Part shown: piece after piece, positions 37,691 to 45,203 of the stretch
Layout: the number at the start of each line of letters is the position of its first letter
Numbering within the stretch: the first letter of the stretch is position 1
Assembly (NCBI GenBank): GCA_043799385.1
Contig: JAZDNV010000031.1
Span: forward strand, 1 to 57,910
Direction: 5' to 3'
DNA length: 57,910 nt
DNA from: Candidatus Aenigmatarchaeota archaeon
GTDB taxonomy: Archaea > Aenigmatarchaeota > Aenigmatarchaeia > GW2011-AR5
The notes under the pieces: generated by a model
Database searches by the model: none
What the model was told of the DNA's origin: nothing
The model's input: only the letters and a program-made list of their open reading frames with translations
Translations under genes and position numbers: made by a program

Positions 37691-38334
37691 TTCAATTCCC
37701 TCAACGCGTCGTTTGCAACCCATTTCGCTGATTTTGAATTGATTTTCTGAATCTCTTTTGCAGTTTTTATAGCCGCTTTTTTCAGTTTCGCATTCCGTTT
37801 GCCAATCTGTCGTAGAGACCAGTTGACGGCTTTCTTTACGAAGTTTCTTTCATCAGTCGAACATATTTTTATTATAGGCAGGAACTTCAGGAATTTTTCA
37901 TTCCCTGCTTTTTTGTCATGCACGGCTAGGCATGCCATGAGCGCAAAGCCTGCGCGTTTTTCAAACTCCTCGGTTCTTGACGACCATTCAACTGCCTTGT
38001 CGTACGCAAAAGCTGTCTTGTCAAAGAGGTTCATGCATACCTGGTCGCAGACATCCCAGGAATCGAAATCCCTTATCCACGAATCCATCTGCTTCTCCGT
38101 TACTAATGCAGTGTCATCAATCATTCCTGCAAGAATTCGCGCTTCGTGTATTCCGGATGACCATAATCGTTGAGCAAGAGCATGGTCTTTTCCAAGCTCT
38201 TTGGCCATCTTCCGCAAAATCGGCATCGATATTCCGTACGCATTTTTAGGTTTGATGCCGAATCGAGCCATGCCCTCGACGTTCTTAGGGTTAGAAAGAG
38301 ATTCCAGTTTTTTGAGAACTTCCTTATGCTGCAT
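37681..38334 (-). CDS. DNA alkylation repair protein (AlkD-like HEAT repeat)
   Basis: LWSSG.HEARILA, SWDVCD, R.FVKKAVNW.LRQIGKR. Confidence 0.88.
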   Translation of the reverse strand: MQHKEVLKKLESLSNPKNVEGMARFGIKPKNAYGISMPILRKMAKELGKDHALAQRLWSSGIHEARILAGMIDDTALVTEKQMDSWIRDFDSWDVCDQVCMNLFDKTAFAYDKAVEWSSRTEEFEKRAGFALMACLAVHDKKAGNEKFLKFLPIIKICSTDERNFVKKAVNWSLRQIGKRNAKLKKAAIKTAKEIQKINSKSAKWVANDALRELKWK

Positions 38335-38765
38335 TACCAAGGCCTTCCGTAATCTTTCTTTTCCTCCCTAAGCTTTTCATGTATTTCATTTAGGTCCTTT
38401 TCGCTGAGCTCGACTCGCCTGTAGGAAAAGATTACTTTGTCATTTTCAAATCTGGGTATTATGTGGAAATGTATGTGGTTGACTATTTGGCCGGAAATGC
38501 GGCCGTTGTTTTGTATTATGTTCATGCTATCGGTACCCATCTTTATCCTGACGTGCTCTGCTATCTTCTTCACGACCACTATCATGTCCTGCAGCTCTTT
38601 TTCGCTGACGTCAAAAATTGCATCGCTATGCTTCTTTGGTATCACCAGTACGTGGCCCGGATTCGCGGGATTTATGTCCAGGAACGCCAGAACCGAGTTA
38701 TCTTCATAAACCTTTTTTGAGGGAATCTCGCCTTTCACAATCTTGCAAAATATGCAGTCATTCAT
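38334..38765 (-). CDS. HIT family nucleotide hydrolase
   Basis: CIFCKI, FLDINP..PGH.LVIPK, HIHFHIIPR. Confidence 0.95.
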   Translation of the reverse strand: MNDCIFCKIVKGEIPSKKVYEDNSVLAFLDINPANPGHVLVIPKKHSDAIFDVSEKELQDMIVVVKKIAEHVRIKMGTDSMNIIQNNGRISGQIVNHIHFHIIPRFENDKVIFSYRRVELSEKDLNEIHEKLREEKKDYGRPW

Positions 38766-39049
38766 GCTATCGCCACTGATAATATCATGGTTATGGATAT
38801 AATCAGGGCAATGGTTATAAAGATTGCCGTGACGAGACTAAGAATTCTTTCATATTTTTTGAAGCGCAGTGAAATGAACAACAATACTAATGGCAACAGA
38901 ATCAGAGCCAGGATGAGAAAGAAAAACGGGTTTGTGTACAAACCAAAGCTTATCGCAGGAACTATAAAGTATGCAGCGTCGACCATCAAAAAAGCCACGT
39001 AAACGATGACTGCGAATAGAAGATACATCTGCATAAATCTAATTGTCAC
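38762..39049 (-). CDS. Hypothetical membrane protein
   Basis: About 3 hydrophobic segments; 4-bp overlap with the HIT gene. Confidence 0.55.
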   Translation of the reverse strand: MTIRFMQMYLLFAVIVYVAFLMVDAAYFIVPAISFGLYTNPFFFLILALILLPLVLLFISLRFKKYERILSLVTAIFITIALIISITMILSVAIA

Positions 39050-39068
39050 CGCAGTTTTTAAATAAACT

Positions 39069-39443
39069 TTACTTCTTCTTGTACGCGGCTGCTATAGGAA
39101 CGACCAACGCCAGCAGGTAGCTGAGCATTATCGACCAGGACGTGAAATAGTTCCACCCCTGCGTGCTAGCGAAGCCGTAGACCATTACTGGCACTTCAAT
39201 CACAAAGGTCACTACCGCAAAAACGACGCCAAGCATCAAGCCCTCGTTTATCGGCTTAACGATTTTCATCGACTTGAAATAGTAGTACTTTGCCACGATG
39301 AAGGTCAGCAATGCTCCTGACACCAGCATCGCTACGCTGAACGCATCGCCGGTCATCTTCGCGACGAACATCAGTATGCTCGCCCACAAGAAAATCAGCG
39401 CATACAAGATAACTGCGGATATCAGCGCTTTCTTTATGTTCAT
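39069..39443 (-). CDS. Hypothetical 4-TM membrane protein
   Basis: Four hydrophobic helices; directly downstream of tRNA-Trp. Confidence 0.65.
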   Translation of the reverse strand: MNIKKALISAVILYALIFLWASILMFVAKMTGDAFSVAMLVSGALLTFIVAKYYYFKSMKIVKPINEGLMLGVVFAVVTFVIEVPVMVYGFASTQGWNYFTSWSIMLSYLLALVVPIAAAYKKK

Positions 39444-39484
39444 GAGAATAATTATGCAAGGCGTTATTTAAAGAATTTATGATA

Positions 39485-39697
39485 TGGGGCCAGGAGGATT
39501 CGAACCCCCGTCAACGCGTTTCTTCAGAAGAGTAGAAACCTACGGTTTCTCTCTTTCTAATCTCATTTCCCTTTTCTACTTTTTCATCGCCTACTAAAGG
39601 CTCAAGTCTCCAGTTCTTTGGGGTAAACCCTAGACCTTTCTTCTTAAGAAAGGGCTTGGGACTGGAGCGCGCCGTGATACCACTACACCATGGCCCC
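39485..39697 (-). tRNA. tRNA-Trp(CCA) with 142-nt canonical 37/38 intron (39520-39661)
   Basis: GGGGCCA/TGGCCCC acceptor; GCGCG-CT-CCA-G|intron|A-CGCGT; GGGGG-TTCGAAT-CCTCC T-arm. Confidence 0.93.
39520..39661 (-). ncRNA. Probable intron-encoded box C/D guide RNA (Cm34 of tRNA-Trp)
   Basis: ACTGGAG antisense to CTCCAGT followed by AC-TTGA; the +5 rule lands on C34; C'-like GCGATGA and terminal CTGA; 5' box C not recognisable. Confidence 0.55.
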
Positions 39698-39761
39698 GTT
39701 GTATAGATAAATACAGGGTTAGAAATTAAAAGGCTTTATTCTTTTCGGAGATAGTTTCTGC

Positions 39762-40943
39762 ATGGCTGACAAAAGAGGATACGTAGGTCTGAAAACAGCA
39801 CAGCCGCTTAGCAGGACGTATGGAATAACGCCTGCAGGAGAAGGGTTGCGACCCGTTTACTCGTTCAGCAGGTACGCAGAAGGGCTTTTCGCTACCATAC
39901 CACCAAAAGAAAAGGAGAAGATGCTACCGCAATTCCAGCAGCATCTGGTCTCTCTGCTTGAAAAAGGAGAGCTGAAAGCGCAGTTTCAAATCCCTTTTCC
40001 GTTCTTTTTGCAGTACCAAATGCTTGAAGGAATCAAAGAGGCCACGAAAACCAAGACACAGGAAGGCACGACAAAGCTTTGGTACGCTGCAAGGGATGTC
40101 GAAGGAGAGGCAGACGACTATAAGGCAGAAGGCAAGGTGCCTTCAAGGCGCTCTGGCCGTGGGTCTGACGTACTCAAGAGATGGGATGTGAAGCATAGAT
40201 ACGGTAAGTTTGCATGGTGCGGTTCCACTGGCTGCAAGCACGATGCTGAAAACATGATAGTATGCTTTCATAATGCAGAGCTGGCTTTTAAACTCGGCAA
40301 ACCGACACCGTTTGTAATAAGCTCCCTAAAGTCAATGGAGGTTGCCTACAGGAAGTATGTTCTCGGAGAGGATATGAACGACATTGATTACAGGGAGATG
40401 GACAGGAGAGAAAATTACAATCAGGCATACGTGAGTAAAATAGAAAGGGGCAAGATGATTTTTGTAGCACCGTTATCAAGATTCAAGAAAATAAGAATCA
40501 AGCAGGAAAAGGTCGCTGCTAAAAACAGGTGGGTAAAGGCGCAAAGGAGCCTTGTAAACGATTACCTTAGGCCGAATCTCGAACAGCGCGGATTCAAGGA
40601 GGTTGGATATGCATTTGAGGGAAGGGGAACACGCTGGGAAACTGTTTGCAGGACCTATCAGAACGGCAATGTAATATACCGGCCCATAATAAGGGCTGAC
40701 ATGCCGCCTGTAATCTCCCGCTGGGTGCTTACAGATAAGTCAGAGTTCTCCCCTGTGCGGCTGACAGACAATATGTTTGCCAATATCGGAGACCCTGTGA
40801 TGGAGGTAGATGACTCAACAAGGAGGTGGGGAGAGCATACATTTTTCATCCCTGGCTCTGAAATGCCTGATGGCTTACCCAAGGTAGAGATGCTTGAGAC
40901 GTGGAAGCAAGATTACCGAAAGCTTCTGGAGAAGAGCAAGTAA
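39762..40943 (+). CDS. Hypothetical protein, possible SWIM-like Zn site
   Basis: 393-aa ORF; C-x4-C...C-x-H (WCGSTGCKH...VCFH); no family recognised. Confidence 0.7.
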   Translation: MADKRGYVGLKTAQPLSRTYGITPAGEGLRPVYSFSRYAEGLFATIPPKEKEKMLPQFQQHLVSLLEKGELKAQFQIPFPFFLQYQMLEGIKEATKTKTQEGTTKLWYAARDVEGEADDYKAEGKVPSRRSGRGSDVLKRWDVKHRYGKFAWCGSTGCKHDAENMIVCFHNAELAFKLGKPTPFVISSLKSMEVAYRKYVLGEDMNDIDYREMDRRENYNQAYVSKIERGKMIFVAPLSRFKKIRIKQEKVAAKNRWVKAQRSLVNDYLRPNLEQRGFKEVGYAFEGRGTRWETVCRTYQNGNVIYRPIIRADMPPVISRWVLTDKSEFSPVRLTDNMFANIGDPVMEVDDSTRRWGEHTFFIPGSEMPDGLPKVEMLETWKQDYRKLLEKSK

Positions 40944-41089
40944 AACTACCCTAACTAAGGTCAGCTGCTGCGCGAGTTAGGCCTTGGCAGCTAGTTCGGC
41001 AGAAGCCCGCCAGGAGCTGTATTTAAGTCTTTCAAAGTGGCGAAAACCTTAAATACAGGGATTTCTATAGTTAGTTTAGGTGAATAAAA

Positions 41090-41449
41090 ATGGAAATGAC
41101 AAAGATAGGAGAATACCTATTCTTACTAGGAGCAATAGTAGCAGTACTTACAGGATTGGGATCCAGTTATGTCGTAGGCGCTACAGGAGCTTGGATTGTA
41201 GCATTGCTAGTATTGATAGGTATTGTCGTAGGTTTTCTGAACGTTACTGAGAAAGAGTTCACAGCATTCCTGGTTGCGGCTATCGCGCTGGGAATCGCAG
41301 GCACAGCAGCTTTCACAGCAATCGACGCAGTCTTATCACCTATAGGAACGATGATAACAGCGATTGTGAAGAATCTTGCAATACTTGTCGCACCTGCTGC
41401 AGTTATTGTAGCAGTCAAGCAAGTAATGGCAATGGCTAGCAAGAAATAA
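41090..41449 (+). CDS. Small hydrophobic membrane protein (LNVxxxExxxFL family)
   Basis: SD AGGTGA, TATA-like upstream, poly-T terminator; four Ala/Gly-rich TM helices. Confidence 0.8.
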   Translation: MEMTKIGEYLFLLGAIVAVLTGLGSSYVVGATGAWIVALLVLIGIVVGFLNVTEKEFTAFLVAAIALGIAGTAAFTAIDAVLSPIGTMITAIVKNLAILVAPAAVIVAVKQVMAMASKK

Positions 41450-41490
41450 ACTCTTTCTGACTTTTTTTTCTTTTATTTTATTATTTACTA
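41450..41490 (+). terminator. Oligo-T archaeal terminator
   Basis: CTCTTTCTGACTTTTTTTTCTTTTATTTTATTATTT directly after the stop. Confidence 0.5.
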
Positions 41491-41494
41491 CGCT

Positions 41495-41818
41495 TTATGC
41501 TCTCGGTTCGATAACCAGTTCGCAGGACTTTCCTGTGTCCTTTTTCATAAGCATTAACGAGGCATCGACAACGCCCTTCAGAAAATTGTGGATTTCAACG
41601 TCCTTTCCGTTGCCTTTTGTCTTGAGCTCAAAGCCGAAGTACGCTTTGTTGTCGCTGCCTTCAGTGTACGCTACCTCAAAAGAAGGGGTGGTACGCGTTG
41701 CATCGTCAAAGACAAAATCAACCGTAGTGCCTATAGTTTTTGGTATTATGCCCTTCAAGTACGCTCTTACCTCAGGGTCACCACTTTTTCCTATAATACA
41801 ATAGTCCGGCATACGCAC
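41495..41818 (-). CDS. Hypothetical protein
   Basis: 107-aa ORF with globular-type composition. Confidence 0.55.
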   Translation of the reverse strand: MRMPDYCIIGKSGDPEVRAYLKGIIPKTIGTTVDFVFDDATRTTPSFEVAYTEGSDNKAYFGFELKTKGNGKDVEIHNFLKGVVDASLMLMKKDTGKSCELVIEPRA

Positions 41819-41857
41819 ACTATAGTCAAAACCGTCTTAAAACCTTCAGAAACAGCG

Positions 41858-42037
41858 TCAGAGGTGCGGAGGCGGTATCAGCTCCTTGCGCGTCTCCTGG
41901 ATCTTCTTGCCGCATGGGCATTTCCAGGTTATATAGAATATCGTGTTGTTCATCTCCTTCTCTTCTATGGTCGCCACAGGAACAAAAGCCTGCTTGCAGC
42001 TAGCGCATTTTGGCGCTTCAGTTACCTTTATCTCCAT
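41858..42037 (-). CDS. Small zinc-ribbon protein (59 aa)
   Basis: MEIKVTEAPKCASCKQAF...WKCPCGKKIQETRKELIPPPHL; CxxC...CxC; below track cutoff. Confidence 0.7.
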   Translation of the reverse strand: MEIKVTEAPKCASCKQAFVPVATIEEKEMNNTIFYITWKCPCGKKIQETRKELIPPPHL

Positions 42038-42082
42038 AGGTGAATATTTGCCGCGATTCTATAAAAAGCTTGAAGAAGCAGC

Positions 42083-42180
42083 AGCTTTATTTAAAAAGTC
42101 GGCTATCATCTGCTTCTAGCGATGATAGCCTATCCGTCAATGGGCATCATATAGATGCCCATTACTTTTTAAACAAAGCT
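42083..42180 (-). mobile_element. MITE copy 3
   Basis: TIRs with one mismatch; perfect 9-bp TSD AGAAGCAGC (42074-42082 / 42181-42189); compensatory changes in hairpin 1. Confidence 0.9.
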
Positions 42181-42196
42181 AGAAGCAGCAAGGAGC

Positions 42197-42457
42197 TCAA
42201 AAGATATAGTTACCCAGCAGGAAACCTATGGTCATGTACACAGCCATCAGGATCAGGCAGTGCAAGTGCCTGCCGGCAACTATCTTCAGGGCAACGCCAA
42301 GGCAAACGACAGCTGGCAAAAAGAATGAAAGGCTAATGGACGCACCAGCAACCATGCCGATGGCTATGTCAAGAATCATCCTCAATTGACCGTGAATAAC
42401 CGTCTGGATAACAAACCCAAAGACTGCCGCAGCCAGATACAATGCAATCGCATCCAT
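42197..42457 (-). CDS. Hypothetical small membrane protein
   Basis: 86 aa, 3 hydrophobic segments; starts 8 nt after tRNA-Thr 3' end. Confidence 0.6.
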   Translation of the reverse strand: MDAIALYLAAAVFGFVIQTVIHGQLRMILDIAIGMVAGASISLSFFLPAVVCLGVALKIVAGRHLHCLILMAVYMTIGFLLGNYIF

Positions 42458-42464
42458 TGAATCA

Positions 42465-42571
42465 AGCCCCGACCGAGGATTGAACTCGGGACCTTCACCT
42501 TACCAAGGTGACGCTCTACCAATCTCACAAGCCCTTTCTTCTAAGAAAGGGATGTACTGAGCCATCGGGGC
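42465..42571 (-). tRNA. tRNA-Thr(GGT) with ~33-nt D-loop intron (~42523-42555)
   Basis: GCCCCGA/TCGGGGC acceptor; TCACC-TT-GGT-AA-GGTGA; CCGAG-TTCAATC-CTCGG; insert between GCTCAGT and TGGTAGAGC. Confidence 0.92.
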
Positions 42572-42616
42572 ATCATTGTCAATTATGATGTTCATAGTTT
42601 AATATCTTTGCAGCAA

Positions 42617-42704
42617 AACTTTGTTGAAAAAGTGATGGATATCTGTAATATCCATCTGTGGTAGGCACGTCAGCATGATGATAGCCTAGTTTTTCAACAA
42701 AGCT
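42617..42704 (+). mobile_element. MITE copy 4 (degenerate)
   Basis: TIR variant CTTTGTTGAAAAA/TTTTTCAACAAAG (compensatory); hairpin 1 GATGGATAT/ATATCCATC; hairpin 2 and TSD eroded. Confidence 0.8.
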
Positions 42705-42797
42705 CAACAAATACAACATCGATGAATGTAATTGTCGTGCATTACTCAAAAAAACATAGTTTTATATAGTAGGCTGGAAAATAATTTAATTGATACG

Positions 42798-44183
42798 ATG
42801 AGGCTATCAATTATTCTGATGTTTCTCATGCTAGCAAATGTTAGCCTTGCCTTTACAGTGAATGTTTCCAAGGAGGCGATAAACGTTCCGATAAAGAGCA
42901 GTAGGACGATTGACGTAAGCGTCTACAGCCCAGTCAGTGAAAAGATAACATTCAGCATTATCGGCGCGGAGTCATGGATGCTTCTCGCTGAGTCGCAGCT
43001 GGCAATAAACGCTGGCGAGACGAAAAAAACCACGCTCTATCTCGAACCGAAGGAAACTATAGTGATGAACAAACAGATAACACTTAGCGCGAAGTCAAAC
43101 ACCGGCGAAAAGGTAGAAAAGACCATATACATCTCGGTCGTGAAGTCAGAAGGCATTGATTTTGACAAGCTTGTTGTCACAGGCAATCTTGAGCCCAACG
43201 GCGACATAACCATACAGGCAGACGTGAAAAACTACGGCGACGTGACAAAGCAGAACATAATTGTCGACATCACTGTATTTACGAAGACCGATGCAGTCTA
43301 CGAGGAGAAAGATGTTATAGGAAAGCTTGACCCGGGCAGGGACGAGACTGTAGAAAAGTCATTTACCCTAAAGAAATACGCTGGCGCTGGCGAATATACA
43401 GTATCGGCGAGCGTTGACGGGAAGACGATGCAGCAGAAGTTCGTTGTCCCAAGCATTGCTGTATGGGACCAGGACGTCAAGGTCGTGCAATCGCTACTTG
43501 GCTATGAAAAGACTATAAAGATATTCAATTATGGTAACAAGGAAGATAAACTCTTGATAAGTGAGGATATCTCCGGGCTCGAGTCTTTGTTCTACTACGG
43601 CACAAAACCCGACCATACAGAAGATGTGTTCGGCTGGGATGTGAGGCTGAACCCAGGCGACACTGCAGTAATATCATATAAAATAGACTACTCCCTCATG
43701 ATATCGTTCCTCATTGTCATGCTACTGGCGTCTTGGATTGCATTCTACCGGGTCAACACAGTGCGGATGAAGAAATACATAATGCAGAAAAAAACCATAG
43801 AGAAGGACGAGGAATACACGGTCGGAATCAACCTGAATAACGGCACAGGGTCGAAGGCCGAGCATGTCGTTGTCAAAGACTTCGTGCCGTCTGTGTTCGA
43901 GGTCAGGACTGATACTGCCGGACCTAAGCCCGAGAAAAAGAAATCAGAACACGGAACGGAATTGACGTGGAAGTTGAATGATTTGGTCAACAAGGAAGAG
44001 AGGATATTCACATATAAAATAGTGCCCATATTCGGCGTATCCGGACACATATTTCTGCCTACGGCGAGCGTGAAGTTCGTGAGCAATGGCAAGGAGCTGG
44101 AAAACAAATCAGCTGTGACAAAAGTCGGCATAAAGCGGATAAAGGAAACGACGCTAGAAGACATATTCGGCAAGAAGAAGTAA
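42798..44183 (+). CDS. Membrane-anchored Ig/CARDB-like domain protein
   Basis: Signal peptide, beta-sandwich repeats (V.NYG, GEYTV), internal TM, cytoplasmic Ig-like domain; start moved to MRLSII. Confidence 0.7.
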   Translation: MRLSIILMFLMLANVSLAFTVNVSKEAINVPIKSSRTIDVSVYSPVSEKITFSIIGAESWMLLAESQLAINAGETKKTTLYLEPKETIVMNKQITLSAKSNTGEKVEKTIYISVVKSEGIDFDKLVVTGNLEPNGDITIQADVKNYGDVTKQNIIVDITVFTKTDAVYEEKDVIGKLDPGRDETVEKSFTLKKYAGAGEYTVSASVDGKTMQQKFVVPSIAVWDQDVKVVQSLLGYEKTIKIFNYGNKEDKLLISEDISGLESLFYYGTKPDHTEDVFGWDVRLNPGDTAVISYKIDYSLMISFLIVMLLASWIAFYRVNTVRMKKYIMQKKTIEKDEEYTVGINLNNGTGSKAEHVVVKDFVPSVFEVRTDTAGPKPEKKKSEHGTELTWKLNDLVNKEERIFTYKIVPIFGVSGHIFLPTASVKFVSNGKELENKSAVTKVGIKRIKETTLEDIFGKKK

Positions 44184-44831
44184 TCATCGAAGTTTTTCTA
44201 TTGCTTCATCAATCTTTCTTATTTCCTCGTATCTTTCGTTGCAAATCATGAAGCACCTCTCCAGATACAAGCGAGTCAACTCTTTGCCAGCATCGCCATT
44301 CATTTTAACAGCTTCTGCTATTTCATTTAGCCTGTACTTGCTGGTGTCTAGATAATTACTCATGTTCAAAACAGCGCTTTCACACTGTTCGACAAATTTT
44401 TTTTCGCCGGTGTTAACGGCGTCGCTCATTCTGCCAACAAGACCTGTCAGATGATGCAGTCTCTCTTTTTCGCTGCTGACGCTCAACAATAGCTCGTCAA
44501 TATCAATCTTTATAGATTCACGACCAGACGTAGAAACGTAAGCCATGTATTTTTCGGTATAATCAAGCAAGGACTCGGTCATGTAATGCTGAGAAAAAGA
44601 TAATAATCTGAGCATGTCATCTCCGCGTAACTTTGCCGTTGTTTTTAGGTTTTCGAAATCAACGACAGGGACAGGTGACTGTATGAAACAGGGCTTTGAA
44701 ATGTAATCTCCTATTAATCTTCCCGTCGGAGACAATGCAAAATACGTCATGTAGTATTTGCCTGACTCCTGCCAGTAGATTATCGCGTGGCCTTTCGGTT
44801 TCTCTTTGTTGCCTAGCTCGAACTCAAACAT
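44184..44831 (-). CDS. Hypothetical protein, possible C-terminal UVR-like helix
   Basis: 215-aa ORF ending ERYEEIRKIDEAIEKLR. Confidence 0.6.
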   Translation of the reverse strand: MFEFELGNKEKPKGHAIIYWQESGKYYMTYFALSPTGRLIGDYISKPCFIQSPVPVVDFENLKTTAKLRGDDMLRLLSFSQHYMTESLLDYTEKYMAYVSTSGRESIKIDIDELLLSVSSEKERLHHLTGLVGRMSDAVNTGEKKFVEQCESAVLNMSNYLDTSKYRLNEIAEAVKMNGDAGKELTRLYLERCFMICNERYEEIRKIDEAIEKLR

Positions 44832-44886
44832 GCTAAAACTAAATTTAAAAAGGATTTAAATTCAAGCTAGATAAAGTATTTGACAA

Positions 44887-45008
44887 CCCCTGATAGCTCA
44901 ACGGCAGAGCGCTCGGCTGTAGCCCAGTACTGCTTTCAAAAAGCCGTATTGTAATTCAGCAAGTGTTCGGAAACCGAGAGGTTCTGAGTTCAAATCTCAG
45001 CCAGGGGA
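44887..45008 (+). tRNA. tRNA-Tyr(GTA) with 50-nt canonical intron (44923-44972)
   Basis: C1:G72 and A73 archaeal Tyr identity; CTCGG-CT-GTA-G|intron|A-CCGAG; CTGAG-TTCAAAT-CTCAG. Confidence 0.93.
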
Positions 45009-45106
45009 TTTTTATTTTTTTACTCGGCTAAAGATATGCAACAATTGATGGTTATAATTGATGGTTTTATTAAGTAATGAAACCATACAAAAGTAAAGGT
45101 GAAAAC

Positions 45107-45160
45107 ATGGTGCTTTGGGGTACAGGCTCAAGAAAATACAAGAAGAAGAGAAGAAATTGA
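45107..45160 (+). CDS. Possible 17-aa basic peptide MVLWGTGSRKYKKKRRN
   Basis: AGGTGA SD just upstream of ATG; lies 43 nt before the DEAD-box helicase start. Confidence 0.45.
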   Translation: MVLWGTGSRKYKKKRRN

Positions 45161-45203
45161 TAATCATTCTTAAGCATTATTGTGCATATGATAACGGATT
45201 GAC

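Noticed and set aside
40995-41012. CCCGCCAGG resembling SRP RNA helix 8
   Set aside because: No following GNRA tetraloop or AGCA strand and no room for a full SRP RNA
39709-41060. AAATACAGGG repeated upstream of the 39762 and 41090 genes
   Set aside because: Only 10 bp, partly the TATA element itself; could be chance
42040-42336. 98-aa plus-strand ORF
   Set aside because: Runs through MITE copy 3 and antisense to a membrane-protein gene; likely spurious
42083-42704. MITE copies 3 and 4 in inverted orientation bracketing tRNA-Thr and a small gene, as a possible composite transposon
   Set aside because: Copy 3 retains its own perfect 9-bp TSD on both sides and copy 4 is much more eroded, so these look like independent insertions of different age
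44887-45008. A7-C66 mismatch in tRNA-Tyr as a sign of pseudogenisation or editing
   Set aside because: Single mismatch at the stem base with all identity elements intact; not enough evidence
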